From Selenomonadaceae bacterium (lineage in GTDB: Bacteria > Bacillota > Negativicutes > Selenomonadales > Selenomonadaceae), in NCBI GenBank assembly GCA_017518105.1, contig JAFWWC010000020.1:2056-66055 (forward strand): a stretch of DNA of 64,000 nt, given 5' to 3'. The translations under genes were made by a program, and so were the position numbers. Below the pieces are notes generated by a model that was not told where the DNA came from, ran no database searches, and saw nothing but the letters and a program-made list of their open reading frames with translations. Shown here piece by piece: positions 37,801-46,315 of the stretch (within the stretch, counting starts at the first letter, position 1; every line of letters begins with the position of its first letter).

Positions 37801-38551
37801 AGGGTTGAGCATTAGCAACGTCGCGTTCGTAATCGGCAATGCATTTCAACAGCGCATTAGAAATTTCCTTAGCACGGCTTCCGAACTTCTCTAGCTGCTG
37901 AATTTTGCCGTAAAGATTGTCCAACCACATTTTGAGCGCGGCGAGTTCGACGGAAGATAAAAATTTTATCGGGTCGGTCAAGGTTCGTTGATTGGAACTC
38001 CACGGCGTGAAAATATTTCCGTCAAAGGTGTTTTCGTAGTCCGCCGCACAAGTTACGAGCGTCGTCGGCGAAGTCATTGCTAGCGGTCGTCCGTTGAAAA
38101 AAATTATGTAAACGTCCGTCAGCCAAGCGTCCCTGTTGCCCGTCAATGATTCTTGTGGCGCGAGAGACTTTAAAATTTGCGCGAGGTCTGAATTGTCGTC
38201 GAGGAGATTGACTTGCTCCGCTTTGAGGTCGAGACGTTTGAAATCTTTTAGCGCGAGCATTGCCAATAACGCCCGCCACTCGCCGCGAACTTTTTCATGT
38301 AAGCCCGTGACAAATTGTTTGGTCGGCTCCAAGTCGAACAACGCCATTTTGAACAGCAGAGGACGCGCCCACATGTCGGGGATTGAATCGACCGAGCCCA
38401 TGTCCTTGATTGATTCGCCGCAATCGAGACTGTTTGACAGTCCGAGCAAAAAATTTATGTCCGTTTCCTTCCAAATGCCTGCCTGGTCTTTGAGGACTTT
38501 GGAAACGTCTTCGTTGACCTTCGGCAACATCGGAAAATATGAATTCGCCAT
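34859..38551 (-). CDS. 1230-aa protein of unknown function with an embedded actin/Hsp70-fold (ASKHA) ATPase domain
   Basis: ATG 38551 sits 6 nt after GGAGGT. The track start 38656 has no SD. ASKHA motifs: WKIGVDFGTSSTMVFF (phosphate 1), AICVDIGAGTTDISVI (phosphate 2) and HLFVGGNGARIFKWL (adenosine). About 590 aa N-terminal and about 300 aa C-terminal carry no motif I recognise. Confidence 0.7.
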   Translation of the reverse strand: MANSYFPMLPKVNEDVSKVLKDQAGIWKETDINFLLGLSNSLDCGESIKDMGSVDSIPDMWARPLLFKMALFDLEPTKQFVTGLHEKVRGEWRALLAMLALKDFKRLDLKAEQVNLLDDNSDLAQILKSLAPQESLTGNRDAWLTDVYIIFFNGRPLAMTSPTTLVTCAADYENTFDGNIFTPWSSNQRTLTDPIKFLSSVELAALKMWLDNLYGKIQQLEKFGSRAKEISNALLKCIADYERDVANAQPSTVSFEIVPSNLNLHVGITRLLDETIKGREARFEDSAVRLLNDKKHLLLISPEFVRDFARFEGVDASRLVIWQGISANEISNDKLADNKKIGRVNLNGAEFRRPEDFFYDRMAVVEPANAFPNSPPLKGYDSLVEKDLTPILPLRRELLDIFTPEELSNRISISDDADNFYLHFIFPLSGVNGNGKDFRWSKTYPKRDLIYIDQEVPVIELYPNFQRPDWKNYYLYYENYKSDDDLPASDIYFVTPYAHNDKNFLKNRFTVKLDNFPEILIVTYNPPAHLGKNPFEVGAILLNKPKIAERNANLTWKIGVDFGTSSTMVFFAENQNSPRPLNFSPHLFQITSSGGARTQTYRNFIPSQIPNRADGSFLSIFHLLNVENTKNIRPLIDGHVFLLSSENTRVFEQLAANIDANLKWQDDDRQRRKTAAYIEQICLQAAVEAFSSGANAIQWNFSYPTAFSQAQKVSFQEICRESVENTPNFWSESKAAAYHFNKLDGKSGNFAQGAICVDIGAGTTDISVISGESPRIIYHTSIKYAARQLFKPIYDNYELFAGEKISGKFNDETQRQAVIDADLREHSEKYLADLKFKTGTEQIKNVLQASQFATAGLFHYLGKLVKILHDYGHYREKKVPHLFVGGNGARIFKWLTGGTEIDGNIYLNVLEKVFVAASGLENYKKFNLHLSEQPKIEVAAGMIVEKPANDAEFFDEARINREMFGESDEIIYSAVLAGENFVQNSENQLAGAFISAYDISEGVTVNSLREFKIFVDRFNSSQKLWSEGINFEEEDLISDVNNFFVDKKGRDVKKLSVEPIFISELKMFLGTKNKKLGTRKIISAEKNSPSVESSIGENFVNDFNALEKLSGFSARQAREKFIRRYKIRAFSCANVEERMNNPKIAPKFTESGIANGDFWACNVDGNIFAVVPNLKTYTENHHAERAFGLVFESNFDGGTYSKIRVERAATFEVSGDSWNLKHSGVIVLAN

Positions 38552-38670
38552 GCTGATACCTCCAAAAAGTTTTCCGCGCAAAGTATAGCAGAAAAAAAAT
38601 TCCGCGCAAAGCGGGCAAGGCGTGTTATAATGGCGACGCTTGAGATTTTTTGACAAGAGAGGAAAGTTTA

Positions 38671-39342
38671 ATGTTCAGAGTAAAAATCGTCGCCGCTCTG
38701 CTAATCGTCGGGTTGTTCGGAGCGATTCACCTAGCCGCGCCAGAATTCTTGCCGGAGGTCGTCGACCTTTTATCACGCGGAGACATCGTAGAGACGGCGA
38801 ATTATATTCAAGGCTACGGCTCGTTAGCGGTCGTGTTCAGTTTCCTGCTTACGTTGTTTGTAAACGCAATCGGCTTCCCACCCGCAATAATCTTTTCCAC
38901 GGCGAACACGTTGATATTTGGTATCGTGCCGGGGATAGTTTTATCGGTCGTAGCGGAGACCGTCGGCGTGACGATAAGTTTCCAGCTGTTAAGATTCTTT
39001 TTCCGCGACTCGGCTAAGAAGATTATCAAGAAAAGCAAACGCCTAAGCTCCGTCGACAAGTACAGCTCCAAAAACGGCTTTACAGTCATGCTGATTGCCA
39101 GAATGGTTCCTTACGTGCCGAGCGGGATATTAAATGCGGCGGGCGCGTTGAGTTCGATGAGCCTGCGCGATTACTTCCTAGCGTCGCTTGTCGGCAAGTT
39201 CCCGTCGACGGGCATTGAGGCAATCATTGGGCATGACGCCATCTTGCAGGAAGAGGACATGACGCGGATAATTGTCGTCGTGATATTCGCCATTGTCCTA
39301 ATCGCGTGGGCGTGGCATTATCAGAAGAAGTATCACCATTAA
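38671..39342 (+). CDS. TVP38/TMEM64 (DedA-related, SNARE-associated) family membrane protein
   Basis: 223 aa polytopic protein. MIARMVPYVPSGILNAAGALS and FLASLVGKFP are typical of the family. ATG 38671 follows GAGAGGAAAG. Confidence 0.7.
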   Translation: MFRVKIVAALLIVGLFGAIHLAAPEFLPEVVDLLSRGDIVETANYIQGYGSLAVVFSFLLTLFVNAIGFPPAIIFSTANTLIFGIVPGIVLSVVAETVGVTISFQLLRFFFRDSAKKIIKKSKRLSSVDKYSSKNGFTVMLIARMVPYVPSGILNAAGALSSMSLRDYFLASLVGKFPSTGIEAIIGHDAILQEEDMTRIIVVVIFAIVLIAWAWHYQKKYHH

Positions 39343-39361
39343 AGTTTTGGAGGTTGATAAC

Positions 39362-39562
39362 ATGAAGAAAATTTTAATCGGCGCGTTGATGTCGGTCATG
39401 CTGATGAGTTTCGGCGCGTTCACCGAGGCAAGCGACGTTGAGCAGGAGAATATTTGTTGCCGTGGTTATTGCTACCAAGATTGCGACGACCAAAGCGGCG
39501 AATACTGCGGGCGTTATGGTTGCGGGCAAGGTCAAGGCAATGGATATCGCGGCGGCAGATGA
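39362..39562 (+). CDS. Small secreted Cys/Gly-rich peptide (66 aa)
   Basis: ATG 39362 sits 7 nt after GGAGGT. Signal peptide MKKILIGALMSVMLMSFGAFTEA. Mature part: SDVEQENICCRGYCYQDCDDQSGEYCGRYGCGQGQGNGYRGGR (7 Cys). Confidence 0.55.
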   Translation: MKKILIGALMSVMLMSFGAFTEASDVEQENICCRGYCYQDCDDQSGEYCGRYGCGQGQGNGYRGGR

Positions 39563-40951
39563 TTATTCCTTAGCCGTCACGATTTTTTTCAAGCCGTGAA
39601 TGTGCGCAAAGACTATGTTGCGGTTGTTCGAGTCGTAAGACTTCAAGTCGCCGCCCAATAGAAGAGTCAGCCTATCCCACGTGCGAGAGCCTAGGAGAGT
39701 TTCAGACCAAGCGGGCAATTCAATCGGCGGGACAACAACTAAGTCGTCGTTCTTGTGAGCGGCGACTATTTCATTTCGCACAACAATCTGATTGAGGAAT
39801 TCGGCTTCGACGTAAAGACAGCCGAGCAAACTGATTGACCAGACGGCGGCAAGGACGACAAGAATTTTTACTCGACGGAGGAAAAAACTTTCGACAAGTA
39901 GCAAGACTTCTTTAAGCGCGGCAAGCGAGGCGACCAATAAAAATATCGTGGAAGGAAAGCCAGCGCGTTCAGGGAACATCGGCGCACACATCATAACCAG
40001 CAAGCTAAGCACAGACGCCGCCGCGAACGTCAAGATAAAGCGTGTGACTTCGGGCGACGTTCGGGCTTTGATGAAGTAAAGGATTATCGGCACGAACAAA
40101 ATTACTTCGCGCAGGAACACGGGCAAGAATCCTCCGACAAAGTTAGCGTAGAGTACTTGCGCTATATCGTGTTGCAAGTGGTCGCTTATCAAGTCCGCTC
40201 TATGCAAATTGCCCGGCGCGAGCATTAATATTGCAAAGCCGACGACTAAGCAGGCAAAGCCGACCTTCATCCACGGCTGAATATTTTTTTCTCGGCGAAA
40301 GTGCATGACGAATACGAACGTTATAAAGACTGCGACTGCCGCGCCCGGCTCAATCGACCAACCAGCAATCAAGCCGAGGATAGGGATTAGGAACTGGGGA
40401 CTAGGGACTAGTTTTTTTCGGCGATAGGCTTCGGCGAACGGTAGCAGGAACAAAAGTATTAGCGTGCACATCCAAAGATAGTTGCAAGTGCCCGTCAGCC
40501 AAATCGTCGTGATTATCTGTGACGGCACACAGAAATATATTCCCGCCAACGTGAACAGCAGGTAGCTTTTATTCATCTGCCGCAAGCTTAGACCCGTGCC
40601 GACTTTGAACAGGAGCAACACCAACGCCGCGAACACGAAGACATTTGCCACGTCGAAGAAAATTTTATCCTGCCAAACGAAGAACTGCGCGAAGATATGA
40701 GCAATCGTCCTTCCGCCCCACGCGAAGTAATGTTGCCACTGCGAATAGAGAATGTCCGCGAAACTCTCCACAGGTTGCAGGCGGTTCGGGTCAATGCCGT
40801 TGATTAAGTTGCCCTTGCCCGCGCCGTCCCAAATGAACTTGTAAGAGTTATCGTCCGCGACGTTGGGCATTAGCAGGTTGCGTAAAAAAAATATAGCCAA
40901 GTACGCGGCGAAGATACTTTGCCATGTGAGGCGTCCAAAAAAGTTTTTCAT
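39563..40951 (-). CDS. Polytopic membrane protein, possible GT-C-type glycosyltransferase (DUF6056-like)
   Basis: 462 aa with more than 10 predicted TM segments. The N-terminal loop ADDNSYKFIWDG...YSQWQHYFAWGGRTIAH is reminiscent of GT-C/DUF6056 proteins. Family assignment is from memory only. Confidence 0.5.
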   Translation of the reverse strand: MKNFFGRLTWQSIFAAYLAIFFLRNLLMPNVADDNSYKFIWDGAGKGNLINGIDPNRLQPVESFADILYSQWQHYFAWGGRTIAHIFAQFFVWQDKIFFDVANVFVFAALVLLLFKVGTGLSLRQMNKSYLLFTLAGIYFCVPSQIITTIWLTGTCNYLWMCTLILLFLLPFAEAYRRKKLVPSPQFLIPILGLIAGWSIEPGAAVAVFITFVFVMHFRREKNIQPWMKVGFACLVVGFAILMLAPGNLHRADLISDHLQHDIAQVLYANFVGGFLPVFLREVILFVPIILYFIKARTSPEVTRFILTFAAASVLSLLVMMCAPMFPERAGFPSTIFLLVASLAALKEVLLLVESFFLRRVKILVVLAAVWSISLLGCLYVEAEFLNQIVVRNEIVAAHKNDDLVVVPPIELPAWSETLLGSRTWDRLTLLLGGDLKSYDSNNRNIVFAHIHGLKKIVTAKE

Positions 40952-40952
40952 A

Positions 40953-42410
40953 TCAATTCAACCCCAATGAATTCCAAATGTTATCGACGCGTGCTTTGAC
41001 TTCGGGCGACATTTCGATTTCGTCGGGCCACTCGCGGACGTGCCCCTCCTCCGCCCAAGTCTTAGTTGCGTCAATGCCGAGTTTAGCTCCCCACTTTGCA
41101 TACGGCGACGAATGGTCTAGCACGTCAAGTGGTCCGTGAACAATTTCTAAGTCGTGTTCGGCGTCAATGTTGTTGAAGACTCGCCACGCCACCTCGCTCA
41201 AGTCCTGAACGTTTACATGCGAATCGACGACGACAATCATCTTGACGTTCATCATCTGCCCTAAACCCCAAAGCGCGTGCATGACTTTGCGGGCGTGCAT
41301 GGGGAATTGTTTTTTTATCGAGACGATAACGCAATCATGGAAGACGCCTTCAAGCGGCATGTTAATATCGATGATTTCGGGTAGGAGTTGTTGTAGGAGC
41401 GGAAGGAAGATTCTTTCGGTTGCCTTAGCCATATAGCAATCTTCCATGGGCGGCTTGCCCACGACTGTCGCGAAGTAAATCGGATTGCGGCGATGAGTTA
41501 TGCAGGTGACGTGGAAGACAGGATAATCATCAGCCAGAGAATAATAGCCGGTGTGATCGCCAAAAGGACCTTCGCGTCGGAGCTCGTCGGTTGCAACGTA
41601 GCCTTCCAAAATGATTTCGGCAGTCGCGGGGACTTCCAAATCAACTGTTTTGCACTTAGTTAGCTCAACGGACTTTTTCCTGAGGAAGCCGGCAAAAACC
41701 ATCTCATCAACGTCACGGGGCAAGGGGGCAGTCGCGGCATAAGTTACAACTGGGTCAGTGCCAATGGCAACCGCCGCCTCGATTTTGTTTGAGCCGAGGG
41801 CTTGGGCGTCGCGGAAATTCTCTGCGCCGTTCTTGTGAATGTGCCAATGCATACCAGTCGTGCGTGCGTCGTACTTCTGCAAGCGGTACATGCCGACGTT
41901 GCGTTTACCAGTCTTAGGGTTCTTCGTGAAGACAAGCGGCAACGTCACGAAGGCTCCGCCGTCCTTGGGCCAGCACTTTAGGATTGGAATTTTATCAAGT
42001 GACGGATTGACTTCGACGACCTCTTGACAGGGCGCGTTGCGGACGTATTTTGGGAAGTTAATCGCCTTGTGCGCCGTCGACACGATAGAAAAGATATTCG
42101 AGCGGTTCTTGAAGGACAGGTAAGGCAACTTCATAATCTCGCGTATGTCGTCGGCGGCATCGTCCAATTTCTCCACGCCGAGAGCCAGAGCCATGCGCTC
42201 ATAACTTCCGAACGCATTCATCAGCACGGGCATATCATAGCCTTTGACGTTCTCAAATAGCAATGCGACGTTGCGGCTGTCCTTGAACTTCGACACGCGG
42301 TCAGTTATCTCGGTTATCTCAAGTTCAGCGTCGACGGGAACTTTTATCCGCTTTAGCAACTGCCGCCGCTCAAGCTCTGCAATGAATTCGCGCAAATCTT
42401 TGTAAGCCAA
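40953..42410 (-). CDS. UbiD-family (prFMN-dependent) decarboxylase
   Basis: MAYKDLREFIAELERRQLLKRIK, GMYRLQ, MHWHIHK and FGDHTGYYS motifs. Confidence 0.85.
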   Translation of the reverse strand: MAYKDLREFIAELERRQLLKRIKVPVDAELEITEITDRVSKFKDSRNVALLFENVKGYDMPVLMNAFGSYERMALALGVEKLDDAADDIREIMKLPYLSFKNRSNIFSIVSTAHKAINFPKYVRNAPCQEVVEVNPSLDKIPILKCWPKDGGAFVTLPLVFTKNPKTGKRNVGMYRLQKYDARTTGMHWHIHKNGAENFRDAQALGSNKIEAAVAIGTDPVVTYAATAPLPRDVDEMVFAGFLRKKSVELTKCKTVDLEVPATAEIILEGYVATDELRREGPFGDHTGYYSLADDYPVFHVTCITHRRNPIYFATVVGKPPMEDCYMAKATERIFLPLLQQLLPEIIDINMPLEGVFHDCVIVSIKKQFPMHARKVMHALWGLGQMMNVKMIVVVDSHVNVQDLSEVAWRVFNNIDAEHDLEIVHGPLDVLDHSSPYAKWGAKLGIDATKTWAEEGHVREWPDEIEMSPEVKARVDNIWNSLGLN

Positions 42411-42431
42411 TGAATCATCTCCTTAGTAAAT

Positions 42432-42460
42432 TTGACAAGACGCACGGCATTTTGTATAAC
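42432..42460 (+). promoter_or_regulatory. Sigma-70-type promoter of hicAB
   Basis: TTGACA (42432-42437), 17 nt spacer, TATAAC (42455-42460). Confidence 0.65.
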
Positions 42461-42477
42461 GATATCGAAGGAGGAAT

Positions 42478-42684
42478 TTGATGCCGACGTACAAGGTAAG
42501 GCAAGTGCTCCGCGATTTGGAAAGCAAATGCGAAGTCGTACCGAACAACAACGGGAGCCATCAAAAGTTTAGGAATCCAAAGACAGGACAAACTACAACT
42601 GTTCCAGTGCATTTCAACAAGGACATGCCACAATACTTCGTCAAGGAAATTTATAGGCAACTGGGCTTAAAGCTCGACTATTAA
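42478..42684 (+). CDS. hicA: HicA-family type II toxin (mRNA interferase)
   Basis: 68 aa. VRQVLRDLESKC...NGSHQKFRNPKTGQTTTVPVH fits the HicA/YcfA pattern. Confidence 0.8.
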   Translation: MMPTYKVRQVLRDLESKCEVVPNNNGSHQKFRNPKTGQTTTVPVHFNKDMPQYFVKEIYRQLGLKLDY

Positions 42685-42696
42685 GGAGGCGCAATC

Positions 42697-43008
42697 ATGA
42701 AGTACTATTATCCCGCCGTGTTTACGCCGAAGGGTAGCGGCCTCGTAGGCTATACGCTTGAATTCCCCGATATCCCCGGCTGTCTCACTATGGGCGACGA
42801 TATCCCCGAATGCATGTGGATGGCGCAGGACGCGCTCGGCTTAATGCTTGAAGATTACGAAGACAAAGGCTATCCTACTCCGTCGAATTTACTTGACATT
42901 GACCTTAGCGATTATCCTGCTGGTTCGTTTGTCTCTTACGTCTGCTTTGATAAGGAGCAATACGACGCCGCTACCGGCAAGTCCAAAGTCGTTAAGCAAA
43001 CCGCTTAG
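42697..43008 (+). CDS. hicB: HicB-family antitoxin (N-terminal HicB fold only)
   Basis: MKYYYPAVFTPKGSGLVGYTLEFPDIPGCLTMGDDIPECMWMAQDAL is typical of HicB. No obvious C-terminal HTH/RHH. Confidence 0.75.
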   Translation: MKYYYPAVFTPKGSGLVGYTLEFPDIPGCLTMGDDIPECMWMAQDALGLMLEDYEDKGYPTPSNLLDIDLSDYPAGSFVSYVCFDKEQYDAATGKSKVVKQTA

Positions 43009-43054
43009 TCTTTAAATTTTTAACGTTCGGCTCCGTCAAATCGGCGGGGCTTTT

Positions 43055-43810
43055 TTATCGGCGCAGAATGTATTTCACGACAAGATAGCCGACCTCATAA
43101 AGCAGGATAACGGGAATAGCTACGGCGATTTGAGTTATCACGTCGGGCGATGTGACTAAGGCTCCAATCACGAACGAGAAGAAGAATACGTAGCGGCGAT
43201 ATTTGCCGAGCTTCTCGCTGGTTAAGATGCCGAGCTTGCCTAGGACGATAATCACAAGCGGCAACTCGAATACAAACCCGAACGGCAGGACGAACAGTAT
43301 CACGAACTCGAAATAGCTACCGAACGAAAAGAGCGTCTGCAGGTTCTCTGATTCTTGCCCGAAACCCATAAAGAACTTAAGCGCAGTCGGCAGGATAAGG
43401 AAGAACGAGAACGCTAGCCCCGTGAAGAACAACGCGACTGACGTGGGCACAAGGATTCCCATTACGGCTCGTTCACTCTTTGTCAGGGCGGGCAAGAAGA
43501 ATTTCCACGCGTGATAAAAAATTATCGGCAGAGCAATCAGGAAACCCGCCGCGACATCGATTTTAAGATACGTAAAGAAAGCCTCGCCGGGCTTCATGTA
43601 GTAAAGCTTGCCGACGGGCAATGTCAGGTAATTTGTTATCTCGTCGAGGAAAAGATAGGCGACGCAACTGCCAAAGGCGATAGCCAGCAACGATTTGATG
43701 ATTCGTGAACGGAGTTCCTCAAGGTGCGCCGTCAAGCTCATAGTGCCATCGTCATCAGCGGGAACTTTATCTTGCTCGACCTGTGCGGAGGTTTTATCAG
43801 GCTCAGTCAT
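43055..43810 (-). CDS. tatC: Twin-arginine translocase subunit TatC
   Basis: MSLTAHLEELRSRIIKSLL and six TM segments with FFLPAL and FELP patterns. Confidence 0.9.
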   Translation of the reverse strand: MTEPDKTSAQVEQDKVPADDDGTMSLTAHLEELRSRIIKSLLAIAFGSCVAYLFLDEITNYLTLPVGKLYYMKPGEAFFTYLKIDVAAGFLIALPIIFYHAWKFFLPALTKSERAVMGILVPTSVALFFTGLAFSFFLILPTALKFFMGFGQESENLQTLFSFGSYFEFVILFVLPFGFVFELPLVIIVLGKLGILTSEKLGKYRRYVFFFSFVIGALVTSPDVITQIAVAIPVILLYEVGYLVVKYILRR

Positions 43811-44013
43811 TTTTTCTCCGTGTCAATCTTTGCGGCGTCAAGTTTCTTTTGCTCAGTCACGTCGACGGTTTTATTGTCGTCGGAGTTTGCCTGCTTGAAC
43901 TCTTTAATGCTCTGTCCTAAAGCTTTGCCGACGCCGGGGAGCTTGCCGGGACCAAAGACAACTAAGCCGATGATAAGAATTAAAATGAGTTCGGGAACGC
44001 CTATGCCAAACAT
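43807..44013 (-). CDS. tatA: Twin-arginine translocase subunit TatA
   Basis: MFGIGVPELILILIIGLVVFGPGKLPGVGKALG. ATG 44013 preferred over the track start 44088. Confidence 0.9.
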   Translation of the reverse strand: MFGIGVPELILILIIGLVVFGPGKLPGVGKALGQSIKEFKQANSDDNKTVDVTEQKKLDAAKIDTEKK

Positions 44014-44109
44014 GATTATCACTCTCCAAAAATTTTTTGCGATTATATCATAAGTTTTTTTGCGTGTCGAAAAATTTTTTGCTATCATTGGCGGCGGAGG
44101 TGTTCAAAG

Positions 44110-45216
44110 TTGACGAGCAGGCAAATAATCTTCGTGGCACTGGGCGGATCGCAAGCAGTCGGGGCAAGCTGTTACTTCCTCAAGCTCGGCGATAATAATC
44201 TTTTGCTCGATTGCGGCTACGGTTCGACACGCGGAATCAGATTCGCGCCGCAATTTAATGCTCTGCTCGACACGCCTTACTTGCAAGACTTCCATCAGGT
44301 ATCGCACGTCGTGATTTCTCATGCACACCTAGACCACGCCGCTGCCCTGCCTGATTTCTTGGAACTCAACGAACGAGCCGCAGTTTACATGACGGACTTG
44401 ACGCGAGAAATTTTATCCGCGCAACTGGAGGAGAGATTCACTCGGCTTGAGGAAAATATTTCGTCGGTCGCCTTCCTGCAAAAAATTCCTCTGCCGCGAC
44501 TTAAGCTGAGCTTTCACCAAGCAGGACATATCCCCGGCGCGATGATGACGCTGATAAACTTCCGAGGCAAGAACATTCTTTACACGGGCGACTATTCGAC
44601 GTTCTCGACGCAACTGGTAGGAGCCGCCCTCTTGCCCGACGTGCCGATTGATATTCTGATTCTTTGTGGACTGCACGCTAGGCATCCGAACTATCATCGC
44701 TACGGGGACAGCGACGCCGCCTTGAAAAAGATTCTGCACAAGATTTATTATGCTCTGCGTCATCGTAAGTCGGTTTACTGTCAAGTCACGCAGATTAGCA
44801 AGGGCGTTGAGCTCATCACGCTGATTAACAAGTTCCTGCCGCAAGTCGAGCTTTTCATTGATGAACGCGTCATGGGAATCGTTCGCCGCTTCGAGAACTT
44901 GCATATCCCGATAATGCGCGAACAGAATCACCCGCTGAACGTCCTGCCGCGAGCCCCCTGCGTTATCCTGTCGACAATGCCGCCGCCTGTGCATTCAGGT
45001 TTGGAGATTATAAACGGCGATTTCTCTTTGCATGATGACTTCGCCGCGACTGTAGAATTTGTCCGCCGAATCAATCCGAAAACTTGCGTTGTAGTGCACA
45101 GCCCGCCCGATAAATTCTTCCACACGGGCACGACGCTTGAACAAGTTTTAATTAACGACCCCGACTCAAGGACGAGCTTTATCTTCCCGAAGACGGGCGA
45201 GCCGTTTGAACTGTAA
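44110..45216 (+). CDS. MBL-fold metallo-hydrolase of the beta-CASP type (putative nuclease)
   Basis: LLLDCG (motif 1), ISHAHLDHAAALP (HxHxDH), QAGHIPGA (motif 3), LYTGDYS (motif 4), later SLHDDF and VVVHSPP (beta-CASP B/C-like). TTG start 7 nt after GGAGGTG. Confidence 0.7.
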   Translation: MTSRQIIFVALGGSQAVGASCYFLKLGDNNLLLDCGYGSTRGIRFAPQFNALLDTPYLQDFHQVSHVVISHAHLDHAAALPDFLELNERAAVYMTDLTREILSAQLEERFTRLEENISSVAFLQKIPLPRLKLSFHQAGHIPGAMMTLINFRGKNILYTGDYSTFSTQLVGAALLPDVPIDILILCGLHARHPNYHRYGDSDAALKKILHKIYYALRHRKSVYCQVTQISKGVELITLINKFLPQVELFIDERVMGIVRRFENLHIPIMREQNHPLNVLPRAPCVILSTMPPPVHSGLEIINGDFSLHDDFAATVEFVRRINPKTCVVVHSPPDKFFHTGTTLEQVLINDPDSRTSFIFPKTGEPFEL

Positions 45217-45232
45217 CAGGAGGGAACTTTCA

Positions 45233-46303
45233 ATGATAAACACCAATGACCCGCTGATTAAAAGATTTATCGACAACCTGCACAAAGCCATTGAACGCAA
45301 GAGCAAAAATCTTTCCTCAAGCTCCTACGATGACTACATCAGGGAAAATCGTATCATAAAGATTTTCTGCGAGGACAAGACGAGGGGTCCGCGCCAATGT
45401 GCCGCCGCCATGAACGCCCGCTACAAAACCGACCTGGACAACGAAGACGTTATCCGCGTCCTTAAGTCCAATCGATTGAGCTATCAGGATAAACGCGCCG
45501 AGCTTTTGAATTGGGCGGAGGAGATGGTTGAGACTTTCGCTAAGGCTCTCGAAACGCAAAAGCAGAAGGACTTCGATGAGTTCATGACCGTTCGCAACAG
45601 AGCCATTCGCACGAACGACTACGAACGCTATAAAATTCAGGAGCGAATTGCTAGCCTTATGCTTTACGTCAAGCACCCCGAATTGGACAGCGGCACCGAT
45701 GCCGAGGCTCTTGAAAAGTTCGGAAACGTCTACATGAAGCATTTCATCTACGACGCCAGCGACTTCCTCCGGAATATTTGTAGTAAGCCCAAGACAAATT
45801 CCAAAGGCGATAAGAGAGACCCTCAGGCGGAAAAGATTGAGCTACTCGAAAACATGTTGAATCGCTCCGATATGCTCTTGAAGGACTTGCAAGACGAGTT
45901 CGACGCCCGCATTAAGCAAAGTCATCAAGATGATTTGGTGGAGTTCTTCTCGCGGCTCAATTCGGAAAAGTACGGTTGCATTCTCGACGAGGTCTTGAAC
46001 GCTAGGAACGGGGTTCGCAAGCTCCGCAAGGAAAATATTCAGCTTCATCCCGAAATAGGCGGGCTGTTTATCCTCATCGAACGCTTCGCGCAATTTATCC
46101 GTGACAGCGAGATCAATCCAATCCTCAAGCCCGGTGCCGTCAAAGAAGTTCGTTTGGAAGAGGTCGAGTCGTGCGATTATGACGGTTCGCCCTTCCTAAA
46201 CACCACGGAGACTAAAAAGGTTAGAGTTCTATCGCCCGGCTGGGTGTATAAGAATAAAGATGTTCAAATTTCACGCCCGCGACTTAAAGAGGTCACGGAG
46301 TAA
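45233..46303 (+). CDS. 356-aa protein: possible J-like (HPE) domain fused to a GrpE-like C-terminal domain
   Basis: ATG 45233 sits 8 nt after AGGAGGG. KDFDEFMTVRNRA...ASLMLYVKHPELDSGTDAEALEKFGNVYMKHF parallels DnaJ QDYYEILGVSKTA...[27 protein letters not shown]. A coiled coil follows. The C-terminus ...KKVRVLSPGWVYKNKDVQISRPRLKEV parallels the GrpE end (..V..V.QKGY.L..R.LRPA.V.V). All by eye. Confidence 0.4.
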   Translation: MINTNDPLIKRFIDNLHKAIERKSKNLSSSSYDDYIRENRIIKIFCEDKTRGPRQCAAAMNARYKTDLDNEDVIRVLKSNRLSYQDKRAELLNWAEEMVETFAKALETQKQKDFDEFMTVRNRAIRTNDYERYKIQERIASLMLYVKHPELDSGTDAEALEKFGNVYMKHFIYDASDFLRNICSKPKTNSKGDKRDPQAEKIELLENMLNRSDMLLKDLQDEFDARIKQSHQDDLVEFFSRLNSEKYGCILDEVLNARNGVRKLRKENIQLHPEIGGLFILIERFAQFIRDSEINPILKPGAVKEVRLEEVESCDYDGSPFLNTTETKKVRVLSPGWVYKNKDVQISRPRLKEVTE

Positions 46304-46315
46304 GGAGGTATTTTT

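Noticed and set aside
38552-38656. Track start at 38656 for the large minus-strand gene, and the + strand ORF 38640-39017.
   Set aside because: There is no SD at 38656, whereas ATG 38551 has GGAGGT at optimal spacing. ORF 38640-39017 is out of frame with the well-supported TVP38 gene (ATG 38671).
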